Assembly: GCA_044449785.1 (NCBI GenBank)
Contig: JBIOII010000001.1
Coordinates: 11,231 to 75,230 of the forward strand
From: Candidatus Limnocylindrales bacterium
GTDB lineage: Bacteria; Chloroflexota; Limnocylindria; Limnocylindrales; CSP1-4
Direction: 5' to 3'
Length of the DNA stretch: 64,000 nucleotides
Position numbers and translations under genes: made by a program. Shown in pieces: positions 48,354-58,482 of this stretch. How positions within the stretch are numbered: the first letter of the stretch is position 1; each line of letters begins with the position of its first letter. Under the pieces are notes generated by a model that was not told where the DNA came from, did not search any database, and saw nothing but the letters and a program-made list of their open reading frames with translations.

Positions 48354-50720
48354 ATGCCGTCCCGAACCACCGCCGCCTCGAGCCGGTCCAGCTCCACTCG
48401 GGGCAGCCGGATCGTCCCTCCGGTGCGACGAAGGCGTTCGCCGCGACGGTGGACCGTATCGGCCGAGATCGTCCGCTGGTTGATCGCGCTGGCGATGCAG
48501 CTCGTCGGTGTGACGCTTCTGATCGGCCTTACGATCCAGGGCGGGTCGCTCACCGATTGGGAGCGCAACACCGTCGCGCCCTGGTTCGGTACCGCTCGCT
48601 GGTTGCTGCCGCCCATCCTGGTACTTCTCGGGTACTACCTGGAGCGCGTCCAGGTGGACAATTGGGACTGGGAGCTGACGCTCACAGGCAGCGCGGTCGG
48701 CTATCTGTCGCTCCTGGGCCTGTTCGGCCTGGTCGATGCCCATCCGAGCGGCGGCATCATCGGCCGCGCTCTGGCTCATTTCCTCGTGCCGTTGGTCACC
48801 GCCCCCGGCGCGGTTGCCATCCTCATAGTATTCATGGCCGCGGGCACCCTCCTCGCCGTCGACATGTCGCTGCCGGCGGCAGTGGCTCCGCTTGGGCGTC
48901 TCGTGTCGCGGGCGATGGCGGCGCTCTTCCGACCGCCGCCGGAACCTACCGCGGCCAACGGCGCCGCCGCTACCGCGAGGGCCGACCGACCGGACAAGGC
49001 CGGCAAGGCCGCCGCGACAGCCGACGCGCGCCGCTTCGGCGACGACCGCACGCCCGCGATCCCGGCCGCGCTACCGAACCCGGGGCCCACCTCGCTGACT
49101 TTTGCCCCGCCGATGGCCGGGTCCCGCGAGAACGCGCCCGTGCACGGGCCCGGCGCCTCACCTCACGACGGCGGGTCCGTGCGCGACGGCGCCACTCTTC
49201 GCGGGCCGCACCCCGGGCTCACGGTCACGCCTCAGTCCAAGCTGGGTGGAACGGCCGCGGCCACGCCTGACAAGCCGCGCGTCGAGTACAGGCTGCCGCC
49301 GCTGACGCTGCTGGACGATGCCGCCCCGCGGATCGGCGAGAGCGGCATGGACCACGAGCGAAACGCCGCGATCATCGCCGCGAAGCTGGCGAGCTTCAAT
49401 ATTCCGGCGCGAGTGGCAGTCTGGAACGCCGGTCCGGTGGTGACGCAGTACGAGATCGAGCCGTCGCCGGACGTAAAGGTTTCGCGTATCGAGGCCCTCT
49501 CCGACGACCTGGCGATGGCCCTAGCCGCCCGGACCATACGGATCGAGGCACCGATCCCGGGCAAGAGCGTGGTGGGGATCGAGATCCCCAACAAGGACTT
49601 CAACATCGTCGCCCTGCGGCGAATCCTCGAGGAGGTTGATTTCCAGGCCACCTCGAAGCTGACCTTTGCCCTCGGCCGCGATGTGGCCGGCCATGCGCGT
49701 GCCGCCGACCTGGCCAAGATGCCGCACCTCCTGATAGCCGGCGCGACCGGCTCCGGCAAGAGCGTCATGGTCAACGCGTTGATCTCGAGTCTGCTCTGCA
49801 AGGCCACCCCGACCGAGGTCCGGCTCGTGCTCGTGGATCTCAAGCGCGTCGAACTGTCGGCATACAACGGCCTGCCGCATCTCATGGTTCCGGTGATCAC
49901 CGAGCCCGAACGAGCCAAGGCGGCGCTCAAGTGGGCCGTGGCGGAGATGGAGACCAGATACCGTCGCTTCGCCGGCGCCAACGCCCGAAACCTGGCCGGG
50001 TTCAACGAGACCAGGGCCGATCCGGCAGACCGCCTCCCGTACGTGGTCCTCATTGTCGACGAGCTGGCCGACCTGATGATGCGTGAGGGCAAGAACGTCG
50101 AGGAGCCGGTGGTCAGGCTCGCTCAGAAGGCCCGCGCCACTGGAATCCACCTGGTCCTGGCGACCCAGCGGCCGTCGGTGAACGTCGTCACCGGTCTGAT
50201 CAAGGCGAACTTCCCGAGCCGTATTGCGTTTGCGATGGCCTCCCAGATCGACTCGCGAACGATCCTCGACATGCCCGGCGCCGAGGATCTGATCGGTCGC
50301 GGCGACATGCTCTTCCAGCCAGCCGATCTGCCGCGCCCGATCCGCTTGCAAGGCGTCTTCGTGTCGGACAAGGAGATCGGGAACATCTGCGAGCACTGGC
50401 GCGCCGAGGCGGAGCCGCACTACGACATGGCGATCGTCGAAACCGACGAGGAGCCGTCGAACGCCAGCGAACTGCCTGACGAAGACGCGGATCGCCTGCT
50501 GCTCGATGCCGTCGGCGTCATCCAGGAGTACGATCGTGCATCTGCGTCGCTCCTCCAGCGACGTCTCAAGGTCGGGTATGCCCGCGCCGCGCGCATCATC
50601 GATCAACTGGAGGCACGGGGGTACATCGGCCCGTTCGACGGGTCGAACGCGCGGCAGGTGCTGCGCCGAGATAGTGCGCCGTCCGATCCACGCGGCGGAT
50701 ACGGCGAGGATGAGGTATGA
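48354..50720 (+). CDS. ftsK: DNA translocase FtsK/SpoIIIE
   Basis: N-terminal TM segments. Motor domain LIAGATGSGKSVMVNALISSLL (Walker A) and VVLIVDELADLM. C-terminal gamma winged helix (LLQRRLKVGYARAARIIDQLE). Confidence 0.9.
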   Translation: MPSRTTAASSRSSSTRGSRIVPPVRRRRSPRRWTVSAEIVRWLIALAMQLVGVTLLIGLTIQGGSLTDWERNTVAPWFGTARWLLPPILVLLGYYLERVQVDNWDWELTLTGSAVGYLSLLGLFGLVDAHPSGGIIGRALAHFLVPLVTAPGAVAILIVFMAAGTLLAVDMSLPAAVAPLGRLVSRAMAALFRPPPEPTAANGAAATARADRPDKAGKAAATADARRFGDDRTPAIPAALPNPGPTSLTFAPPMAGSRENAPVHGPGASPHDGGSVRDGATLRGPHPGLTVTPQSKLGGTAAATPDKPRVEYRLPPLTLLDDAAPRIGESGMDHERNAAIIAAKLASFNIPARVAVWNAGPVVTQYEIEPSPDVKVSRIEALSDDLAMALAARTIRIEAPIPGKSVVGIEIPNKDFNIVALRRILEEVDFQATSKLTFALGRDVAGHARAADLAKMPHLLIAGATGSGKSVMVNALISSLLCKATPTEVRLVLVDLKRVELSAYNGLPHLMVPVITEPERAKAALKWAVAEMETRYRRFAGANARNLAGFNETRADPADRLPYVVLIVDELADLMMREGKNVEEPVVRLAQKARATGIHLVLATQRPSVNVVTGLIKANFPSRIAFAMASQIDSRTILDMPGAEDLIGRGDMLFQPADLPRPIRLQGVFVSDKEIGNICEHWRAEAEPHYDMAIVETDEEPSNASELPDEDADRLLLDAVGVIQEYDRASASLLQRRLKVGYARAARIIDQLEARGYIGPFDGSNARQVLRRDSAPSDPRGGYGEDEV

Positions 50721-52138
50721 CGAGCACTAACCCGACACGGCGTTCGACACGCCGGCTGATCGGCCAGAGGGCAAGCCACGCGGGGGCCGGACTCGACGGT
50801 CGATCGGTAGTTGGGGAGCGCCTGCGAGACGCTCGGGAGCTCCGAGGGGTGGATCTCTACCGAGTCGAGCGCGACACGAAGATCCGAGCCAAGTATCTGG
50901 CCGACCTCGAACAGGGCGACTTCTCCGACCTGCCCGGAGACGTGTACACGCGCGGCTTCCTGCGGAACTACGCGACCTACCTCGGCCTGGACGCGGACGA
51001 GATCGAGGAGGAATGGCGTCGCGAGGCCGGCGGCAGGGCCCCGATCAGCCAGCTGATAGTCGGCCCTCAGCCGCTCACGATCCGCCGCGGCGTGGCCTTC
51101 CAGCGCAGCCATGTGATCATCGCGGTGGTCGCCGTCATCGTGCTCGCAGTCGCCGGCTACTTCGGCTATCAGCTGACCCGGTACCTGTCCTATCCAACGC
51201 TCGCCGTGAGTTCAGGCGGCTCGGCGCCCATCACGGTCCCGATCGGGACCACGAGCTACGTTCTGAAGGGCACGGCCACGCCCGGGACCACGGTCTTGAT
51301 CGTCTGGAACGGCCAGGATCCGCAGGTCGTATTAGCCGATGACGCCGGCCAGTGGAGCTACAAGGCGGTGCTGCAAAACGGCCCCAACCAGTTCGACATC
51401 CACGCCGAGAACCTCGACACGAGCCACGCCAGCAACACAGTCAGGCTGATCGTCATCGTTCCGATCCCCACCCCAACCCCGATGACTCCTGTGGTGGTCG
51501 TCACCGCTCCGGCTGACGGCGCGGCGCTCACCAACGGCAGTGTCGCAGTCACCGGCACCACGACTGACGTCGCGACGATCATGGTCAACCCGACCTATCT
51601 CGGACCGCCGCTTGCGCCGGGATCGACCCTTCCGCCGCCAACGCCGAGCGCCCCGGCGGCCGCTTCAGGCTCCGCGACGCCTGCGACCATAGCCTCGGCC
51701 GGACCCTCGGGGACTCCCGGCCCGCAACCGGTTACGACCAAGACCGGCGCCGACGGCACGTTCGCGGTGAATCTCACGCTGACGCCCGGAAGATGGCAGC
51801 TGACGCTCGTTGGAACGAGCGCCAGCGGCGCCTCGACTGCGCCGCTTACGAGAACGGTTACCGTTCCCTTCAAGGGCATCAACGTCTTGATCCAGATCAA
51901 GGGCGGTTCCGCGTCCGTGTCGGTCTACCACGATGGCATCACGGATACTCCCCCGTACACACAGGCCGACGGCTGGACGATGACCGTCGTCGCCAACAAA
52001 TACGTCTGCGTCAGGTCCACGCGACCGACTCTCGTGTTCATTACCGTGAACGGGACCCCGTATGGGCCGATCAGCGGCTTCGGCGGCCAGCGTGCGTACA
52101 TCGACGTGAACGGACCCCGGAACGCAGCCTCCTGCTAG
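50717..52138 (+). CDS. RodZ-like cytoskeleton protein (N-terminal HTH, single TM, Pro/Thr-rich and Ig-like periplasmic region, C-terminal DUF4115)
   Basis: HTH_25-like VGERLRDARELRGVDLYRVERDTKIRAKYLADLE. TM IIAVVAVIVLAVAGYFGY. C-terminal TVVANKYVCVRSTRPTLVFITVNGTPYGP resembles the RodZ C-terminal domain. Confidence 0.7.
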   Translation: MTSTNPTRRSTRRLIGQRASHAGAGLDGRSVVGERLRDARELRGVDLYRVERDTKIRAKYLADLEQGDFSDLPGDVYTRGFLRNYATYLGLDADEIEEEWRREAGGRAPISQLIVGPQPLTIRRGVAFQRSHVIIAVVAVIVLAVAGYFGYQLTRYLSYPTLAVSSGGSAPITVPIGTTSYVLKGTATPGTTVLIVWNGQDPQVVLADDAGQWSYKAVLQNGPNQFDIHAENLDTSHASNTVRLIVIVPIPTPTPMTPVVVVTAPADGAALTNGSVAVTGTTTDVATIMVNPTYLGPPLAPGSTLPPPTPSAPAAASGSATPATIASAGPSGTPGPQPVTTKTGADGTFAVNLTLTPGRWQLTLVGTSASGASTAPLTRTVTVPFKGINVLIQIKGGSASVSVYHDGITDTPPYTQADGWTMTVVANKYVCVRSTRPTLVFITVNGTPYGPISGFGGQRAYIDVNGPRNAASC

Positions 52139-52144
52139 CCGGCC

Positions 52145-52657
52145 ATGGATAGCGACTCGCTAGTCCAGCTGGTCGAACGCCTGCAGGCGATCTGCCTGGA
52201 TCGGGGGCTCACGGTGGCCACCGCGGAATCGTGCACCGGCGGTCTGGTCGCGAAGCTGATAACCGATATTCCGGGCTCCAGCGGCTACTTTCGGGCCGGG
52301 ATCGTCTCCTACGCCGACGACGCCAAGCTCCGGCTTCTGGGCGTGCCCGACGATCTGCTCGCCGCACACGGCGCCGTCAGCGCGCAAGTGGCCCGTTCGA
52401 TGGCCATCGGCGCTCTCGAGCGCACCGGCGCCAGCCTCGCCGTGGCCGTTACCGGTGTCTCCGGACCGTCGGGCGGAAGCCCTTCGAAGCCGATTGGGCT
52501 AACGTACGTGGCTGTGGCCGACGCGAACGGCGTTGACGTGCGCCGCTTCGTCTGGTCTGGTGATCGCGCGTCCAATCGTGAAGCCAGCGCCCGGGCCGCG
52601 GTCGAACTGATGCTTGAGCGAGTCGTGGCAACCGCGCCGGGCGGCGATAGCGCATGA
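52145..52657 (+). CDS. CinA C-terminal domain protein (nicotinamide-nucleotide amidohydrolase PncC-like)
   Basis: LTVATAESCTGGLVAKLITDIPGSS...GLTYVAV matches the stand-alone CinA C-domain. 170 aa. Confidence 0.8.
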   Translation: MDSDSLVQLVERLQAICLDRGLTVATAESCTGGLVAKLITDIPGSSGYFRAGIVSYADDAKLRLLGVPDDLLAAHGAVSAQVARSMAIGALERTGASLAVAVTGVSGPSGGSPSKPIGLTYVAVADANGVDVRRFVWSGDRASNREASARAAVELMLERVVATAPGGDSA

Positions 52658-54174
52658 AGGCGGTTCGTGGCGCGGCCTCCGTGGGGAGTGGCCTCGAGCC
52701 CGCCAGAGAGGCGCGTCCGATTCGCCGGGGCGAGCGGATCCACGTCGTCGGCGCGGCCGGCGCCGGCGCCTCGGCGGCCGCCCTGCTGGCATATCACCGG
52801 GGCGCGTACGTCAGCGGTTGCGATCCTGGCGGGCCGTCCCCCTACACGCCGCCCATCGAAGCCGCCGGCATTCGCCTCGATTGGGCTCACGACCCCGGCC
52901 ACGTCACCTCCGGCGAATTGCCTGATCGTCTCGCCGTTACGAAGGCGCTGACGGCCGTGGATCCGAACAATGCCGAGCTGGAGGCCGCGCGGGCCGCATC
53001 GATACCGGTGGAACCCTGGCAGCAGGTCATCGCCGATGCCGCGTTCGGCAAGGCCCTAGTGGGGATCGCGGGCACTCACGGCAAGAGCACGACGGCCGGT
53101 TGGCTGGTCCACGTCCTGGTAGAGGCCGGCCTCGACCCGTGCGCCTTCGTTGGCGCACTGCTGCCAACGGAGTTGAGCGGCGGGCTGCCGTCAACGGCGC
53201 GCTGGGGCCAGGGGATGCCGTTTATCGTCGAGGCGGACGAGTACGCGGGCAACTTCGACGCGTATCGACCGGACGTGACCGTGCTGACCTCAGCCGAGTG
53301 GGATCACCCGGACGTCTTCGCGGACCGCGCGGCGGTAATCGACTGCTTCGTCGCGTGGTTGGAGAGCGCCGCCCGGACCGCGCCCGCAGCCAACCTCGTG
53401 GCGAATGTGGCCGACTCGGGTGTCGCCGAAGTCGTAGAACGTCTCCGCGGCTGGCCAGGTCGGGTGATCGGGACGAGGGTGGCGACCGGCTCGGCTGCAT
53501 ACGGCCGCGAACACGACACCCTCACCGGAACGATAGTCGCGGCCGACCCCGGCGGTACGCTGCTGCGCCTTGAAGGGTTGACGTTGACAGGGCCACTGGC
53601 CGTCCATCTGGAACTCCCCGGCCGGCACAACGCCGCAAACGCTCTCGGTGTCGCTGCCACGGCACTGATATTGGGCGTTCCAGCCGACGTCCTCGCCTCA
53701 GCCCTGGGGACCTTCGGCGGCGTCGGGAGACGCCTGGAGCGGAAGGGTGAGGTGAGGGGTGTCGTGGTTTACGACGACTACGGCCATCATCCTACGGCGA
53801 TACTAGCGACCCTGGCCGCCATTCGCCAGCTGGAGCCCGGCCGGCGCATCTGGGCCGTTTATGAGCCGCTCACTTACCACCGCACTGCGGCCATGTTGGA
53901 AGGTTTTGCCGAAGTGCTCGCCACTGCCGATGCGGTCGCTGTCGCCGATATCTGGGCCAGCCGCGACCCCGACACCACCATCACTTCGGCCGCCGCTCTG
54001 GCGGAAGCTACGGCTCGGCGCAAGCCCGGTCTCCGAGCGGTTGCGCCCGGGAGTGTCGAGCAAACCGCTGCGTGGCTCGCGGGTCAGGTCCGCGCGGGCG
54101 ACGCCGTCCTGGTCATGGGCGGCGGCAAGAGCTATCGGATAGCGGAGCTGCTGTTGGAGGCTTTGGGCGGTTGA
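52654..54174 (+). CDS. Mur ligase family protein, closest to UDP-N-acetylmuramate:L-alanyl-gamma-D-glutamyl-meso-DAP ligase (Mpl) or MurC
   Basis: N-terminal IHVVGAAGAGASAAAL, GTHGKSTTAGWLVHVL (P-loop), FIVEADEYAGNF, and VVYDDYGHHPTAILATLAAIRQL, which closely resembles the Mpl C-terminal motif VYDDFAHHPTAILATLAALR. No other mur genes are adjacent. Confidence 0.75.
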   Translation: MKAVRGAASVGSGLEPAREARPIRRGERIHVVGAAGAGASAAALLAYHRGAYVSGCDPGGPSPYTPPIEAAGIRLDWAHDPGHVTSGELPDRLAVTKALTAVDPNNAELEAARAASIPVEPWQQVIADAAFGKALVGIAGTHGKSTTAGWLVHVLVEAGLDPCAFVGALLPTELSGGLPSTARWGQGMPFIVEADEYAGNFDAYRPDVTVLTSAEWDHPDVFADRAAVIDCFVAWLESAARTAPAANLVANVADSGVAEVVERLRGWPGRVIGTRVATGSAAYGREHDTLTGTIVAADPGGTLLRLEGLTLTGPLAVHLELPGRHNAANALGVAATALILGVPADVLASALGTFGGVGRRLERKGEVRGVVVYDDYGHHPTAILATLAAIRQLEPGRRIWAVYEPLTYHRTAAMLEGFAEVLATADAVAVADIWASRDPDTTITSAAALAEATARRKPGLRAVAPGSVEQTAAWLAGQVRAGDAVLVMGGGKSYRIAELLLEALGG

Positions 54175-54343
54175 AGCCGCGAGGTCCCGCCGGGAGGTCC
54201 GATCTTGCCGGTCCCAAACAGCGTCGCGGTACGGCACAATCAACTCCACTCGGAGCAAGCCCGATCGGTGGCCGCGCGGCAATCGCACTCCGGCGGCGCC
54301 CAACGAACCCCGGCCGATGCCTAACGGTGTGCAAGGAGGGTAG

Positions 54344-54835
54344 ATGGCAGGCGATTCCTCATTCGACGTGGTGAGTGAATTCGACGATCAGGAGATGCGC
54401 AACGCGCTCGACCAGGTCCGGCGTGAGGTCCAGCAACGTTACGACTTCAAGGGCGCGACTTTCGAGCTGACCCAGACCAAAGTCGAGCTGGTTATGGTTA
54501 CCGACGACGAGTTCCGGGCCAAGGCCATCCGCGAGATCATCGAGTCGAAGGCTGTGCGGCGCGGGCTTTCGCTGAAGATCTTCGACTGGGGCAAGATCGA
54601 GCCGTCGGGTGGAAACAAAGTTCGACAGCTGATAGTGCTGCGACGGGGCCTGGACGAGGACCTGGCAAGGAAGCTCAGCAAGCTGGTGCGCGACGAATTC
54701 CCAAAGGTCAAACCACAGATCCAGGGCGATGCGCTGCGCGTTTTCGCCAAGAGCAAGGACGATCTCCAACGTGTGATCGTGAGGCTCAGGGAACTGGATG
54801 AACCGCGGCCATTGCAGTTCACGAACTACCGGTGA
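54344..54835 (+). CDS. yajQ: YajQ family nucleotide (cyclic-di-GMP)-binding protein (UPF0234)
   Basis: SFDVVSEFDDQEMRNALDQVRREVQQRYDFKG is the YajQ N-terminus. 163 aa. RBS AAGGAGGG. Confidence 0.85.
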   Translation: MAGDSSFDVVSEFDDQEMRNALDQVRREVQQRYDFKGATFELTQTKVELVMVTDDEFRAKAIREIIESKAVRRGLSLKIFDWGKIEPSGGNKVRQLIVLRRGLDEDLARKLSKLVRDEFPKVKPQIQGDALRVFAKSKDDLQRVIVRLRELDEPRPLQFTNYR

Positions 54836-54879
54836 GAGCCGCTCGGTAACCCGGCGCGGCAATCCGAAGGAGTACGGCG

Positions 54880-56817
54880 ATGTCCATCGACGAGACCGGG
54901 GCAGCCACCATCACGGTCGGTGAGGCCCTGGCGGCGGGTCTGGCTCGCGCCGGAGTGAAGATCGCCTTCACCGTGCCGGGCGAAAGCGTTCTGGGGTTGC
55001 TGGAGGGGCTCGCTGCCAATCGCATCCGCGTCGTTGCGACCCGGCACGAGGGATCGGCCGCTTTCATGGCCGAGGCGGTGGCCCAGCTCACCGGCCGGCC
55101 GGCGGTTTGCATAGCCACCCGCGGACCCGGCGCCTCGAATCTTGCGATCGGGCTCCATGCCGCCCGCGCCGACTCTGCGCCCGTCATCGCCATCGTCGGC
55201 CAGGTCCGCCGCGATGTGCAGGGCCGCGAGGCCTTCCAGGAGATGGACCTGGTTCGCGCCTTCGAGCCGATCGTCAAGTGGGCCGCGGAGCTCAAAGAGC
55301 CGTCCGACGCCGAGGCGCTCATCGAGAAAGCCGTTGCCACCGCCATGAGGGGCCGGCCGGGGCCGGTTCTGCTGGCGGTACCATCCGATGTGTTCGACAT
55401 TTCCGTGCCGCCGGGCAATGGCCAGGTCGCAGCCTTCCATGCCGACCACGCCCCGGAGCCGGACCCGACACTCGTCCGGAAGATCCTCCATCTGCTCGCC
55501 GACGCCCGCAGACCGCTGATACTCGCGGGCGCCGGCGTGCTACGGGCCCGCAGCACCGACGCGCTGGTGCGCTTCGCCGAAACGATGCGCGTACCGGTGA
55601 TGGCCTCGTGGCGGCGCGGCGACGCGTTTCCAAACGACAACCCGCTCTATCTGGGCATGACCGGTCTGGGGGCGTCGCGCAGCGTCCAGGCGCGGCTCGA
55701 GGATGCGGATGCGCTGCTCGTGCTGGGTTGCCGCCTCAGTGAGATGACCACGTACGGCTACCGCGTGCCCGGGCTTTCCATGCGATGGGCTCAGGTCGAT
55801 GTAGAGCCGCGTGGAGCGGCGTTGCCGCACAGACCCGAGATAGTGATGGCGGCGGACGCGGCCGCCTTCCTGCGCGTGGCTCAAAGAGTCCTGGCCCGAG
55901 CCGCATTCGACGCCGCCTCCCTCGACGAGCGCACGGCCGCCAACGCGGCCGACCGGGAGGCCTACGACGCGGGCTCGCTTGTCGATGCCGAGCCGTGGGA
56001 CGGCCCGGGCGTTCACCCCGGTCGAGTCGTCGCGACGCTGGCCCGCGTCCTGCCTCCGGAGGCGATCCTGACCACCGACGCCGGTGACTTCGGAACCTGG
56101 GCGGCTCGCGGCTACCGCTTCCACCGGCCGGGCACGTTCCTCGGCTCCTCTGCCGGGCCGATGGGCTACGGCCTGCCGGCGGCGATCGGGGCAGCACTCG
56201 CGCGCCCCGGCCGCCTCGGCGTGGCTCTGGCCGGTGACGGCGGCTTTGCGATGACCATGGCCGAGATGGAGACGGCGGTCCGTGAGCGAGCCCACGTCGT
56301 GGCCCTGGTCTTCGACAACGGCCGGTACGGCACTATCTGGCGACACCAGGTGCAGCGCGGGGTGAATGCCGGGCTGGCCACCAGGCTTGGTCCCGTGGAC
56401 TTCGCCGCGGTCGCGGAAGCGTGCGGAGCGCTTGGACTCTCCGTTCGCAGCGACGACGAGTTCGAGCCGGCACTGCTCCAGGCCCTTGAAGCCGGACGTC
56501 CCGCCCTAATCCATCTGGCCCTCGATCCCCGCTGGACCACGCCGGACGCCTCACCGGCGGCAGGGGAAGACGAGTCCGACGGAACAGAGAAAGCACCTGT
56601 CGGGGAGCCACCGGGGGTTGATCTGGCCGAGCCCAAGGAAGTCACCGACGTGCCGGCCGAAGATGTCGTCGAGGAGAGCGCGGAGATAGAACTGGCGCTC
56701 GGCGCCGACGCAGTCGTCGCATCCGAGGAACTCCTGGCGCTGGCATCCGACGCGGAGGCCGCACCCGAGGATCCAGTCGCCGCCCCGACCAGCCGCGAAC
56801 CCGAGCCCACGGAGTAG
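54880..56817 (+). CDS. thiamine-pyrophosphate-dependent enzyme (acetolactate synthase large-subunit family) with an acidic C-terminal tail of about 90 aa
   Basis: TPP N-terminal Pyr domain (VPGESVLGLLEGL...RHEGSAAFMAEA), central domain, and C-terminal PP domain with GDGGFAMTMAEMETA (GDG-x24-N TPP motif). The tail is D/E/P/A-rich. Confidence 0.8.
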   Translation: MSIDETGAATITVGEALAAGLARAGVKIAFTVPGESVLGLLEGLAANRIRVVATRHEGSAAFMAEAVAQLTGRPAVCIATRGPGASNLAIGLHAARADSAPVIAIVGQVRRDVQGREAFQEMDLVRAFEPIVKWAAELKEPSDAEALIEKAVATAMRGRPGPVLLAVPSDVFDISVPPGNGQVAAFHADHAPEPDPTLVRKILHLLADARRPLILAGAGVLRARSTDALVRFAETMRVPVMASWRRGDAFPNDNPLYLGMTGLGASRSVQARLEDADALLVLGCRLSEMTTYGYRVPGLSMRWAQVDVEPRGAALPHRPEIVMAADAAAFLRVAQRVLARAAFDAASLDERTAANAADREAYDAGSLVDAEPWDGPGVHPGRVVATLARVLPPEAILTTDAGDFGTWAARGYRFHRPGTFLGSSAGPMGYGLPAAIGAALARPGRLGVALAGDGGFAMTMAEMETAVRERAHVVALVFDNGRYGTIWRHQVQRGVNAGLATRLGPVDFAAVAEACGALGLSVRSDDEFEPALLQALEAGRPALIHLALDPRWTTPDASPAAGEDESDGTEKAPVGEPPGVDLAEPKEVTDVPAEDVVEESAEIELALGADAVVASEELLALASDAEAAPEDPVAAPTSREPEPTE

Positions 56818-56898
56818 GGGAGGGATCCCGGCCGGGGGGCTCGCCGGCCACTGCCACGATCTGGCGGTCCGCGGCGCGCCGCGTAGAGAACGGGCGAG

Positions 56899-58443
56899 TC
56901 AAGCGGTCGGGTGCGCCCTACGCCGCTCCAGGACCAGCTGGACGCGGCGCTCGTGGAGGGCACGCTCGAGGCCAACCGGATAGGTGTGCGGGTTGAGCAG
57001 CCGCCTGATGGCAGGATGGAGGCTGCCGACCTGGGCGTGGGCTCGCGCGCGAATCTCCCCGAGCGGTGGGGCCGGCGCCAGGCGCCGTCCGGAACGCATC
57101 GCCGGTAGAACCAGCTCCTCCGGTTGCCAGGTGGCGTCGAGGGCGCGCATATGGAGCGCGTCCGCCGGGTCGACTATCACGTCGCCCTCGGGTGGAGCCG
57201 GCAGGTCCTCGTCGTAGATCATGTCCGCCCGGAAGCGGCCGGACGGATCCACGTAGCGACGGACTCCCAGGACGCCCGGAATTGAGATCTTGGCGCTGTG
57301 CTCGGACAACTTGACCGGATAGCGCCATCCGCCGTCGCGGTCGCAAATGGCGGTCAGCTTGTAGATCGCGCCGAGTGCCGGCTGGTCGAAGCAGGTGTCG
57401 AGGCGGGTTCCAACGCCCCAGATGTCGATGCGCGCTCCCTGCTCGCGCAGGGAGGCGATGGTGTACTCGTCGAGGTCGTTGGAAGCGACGATCTTCGTTT
57501 CGGCGAAGCCGGCGTCGTCGAGCATTCGCCTCGCTTCGGTCGAGAGATAGGCGAGATCGCCGGAGTCAAGGCGGATCCCGGCCAGTTTCCCGCCCCTCGC
57601 CTCGAGCCGTCGACCGGTCTCGATGGCGTGAGCGACTCCGGTCAGCGAGTCGTAGGTGTCGACCAGCAGGGTCACGTTGCCCGGCTGGGCGTCGGCGTAG
57701 GTGTCGAATGCGAGTTGCTCGTCGTCGAACACCTGGACCCAGGAATGGGCGTGGGTACCGCGGATCGGTATGCCGAACAGGCGACCCGCCAGGACGTTGG
57801 AGGTCGCGTCCACGCCGCCGATGTAAGCGGCTCTCGCGGCGGAGATGGCCCCGTCGAGGCCCTGCGCCCGCCGCAGCCCAAATTCGAGGACGGGGCCGCC
57901 TGCAGCCTCAACGACCCTGGCGGCTTTGGTGGCGACGAGCGTCTGGAAGCCGATCACCGTGAGAAGAACGCTCTCGACCAGCTGGGCCTGGAGGAGCGGT
58001 CCGCGTACCCTGAGCAACGGTTCGTTCGCGAACACGACCGTCCCCTCGGGGATGGCGTCGACGTCGCAGCTGAACTCGAGCGCGCCTAGGCCCCGCAGGA
58101 ATCCCTCGCTGAATAGCGGCTCCTGTCCGGCCCCACGCAGGCTCCGGAGGTACTCGATGTCGTCCGAGTCGAAGCGGAGGTTCTCGAGGATCGCCAAAGC
58201 GTCGTCGAGGCCGGCCGCCACGGCGTAACCACCGCCGAAAGGGAGAGTCCTGAAGCTGAGCGAGAAGACGGACTCGCTCTCGGCCACGCCCGCCTTCTCG
58301 TAGCCGGCCCCCATCGTCAGCTCGTAGAGGTCTGTGAGGGTGGCGAGGCTGGTTCGGTAGAGGTCAGATACGCGTGACACGGTGGCCTCGTCCAGCGACC
58401 GCTCGCAGGTCTGTGTCGGCGTTGTAAGCATCTTCCATTTCAC
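56899..58443 (-). CDS. pncB: nicotinate phosphoribosyltransferase
   Basis: LTDLYELTMGAGY, GTHAHSWVQ and LDSGDLAYL are NAPRTase motifs. 514 aa with a C-terminal extension. Confidence 0.85.
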   Translation of the reverse strand: MKWKMLTTPTQTCERSLDEATVSRVSDLYRTSLATLTDLYELTMGAGYEKAGVAESESVFSLSFRTLPFGGGYAVAAGLDDALAILENLRFDSDDIEYLRSLRGAGQEPLFSEGFLRGLGALEFSCDVDAIPEGTVVFANEPLLRVRGPLLQAQLVESVLLTVIGFQTLVATKAARVVEAAGGPVLEFGLRRAQGLDGAISAARAAYIGGVDATSNVLAGRLFGIPIRGTHAHSWVQVFDDEQLAFDTYADAQPGNVTLLVDTYDSLTGVAHAIETGRRLEARGGKLAGIRLDSGDLAYLSTEARRMLDDAGFAETKIVASNDLDEYTIASLREQGARIDIWGVGTRLDTCFDQPALGAIYKLTAICDRDGGWRYPVKLSEHSAKISIPGVLGVRRYVDPSGRFRADMIYDEDLPAPPEGDVIVDPADALHMRALDATWQPEELVLPAMRSGRRLAPAPPLGEIRARAHAQVGSLHPAIRRLLNPHTYPVGLERALHERRVQLVLERRRAHPTA

Positions 58444-58482
58444 GCCTCCAAGTCGGGTGGGTCGCAGCCCGACCTCGCCGGC

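Noticed and set aside
56818-56898. GGCCGG...CCGGCC hairpin between the convergent TPP-enzyme and pncB genes as a terminator.
   Set aside because: It has only a 6-bp stem with an 8-nt loop and no U-tract on either strand, so it is too weak to call. Termination here may be Rho-dependent.
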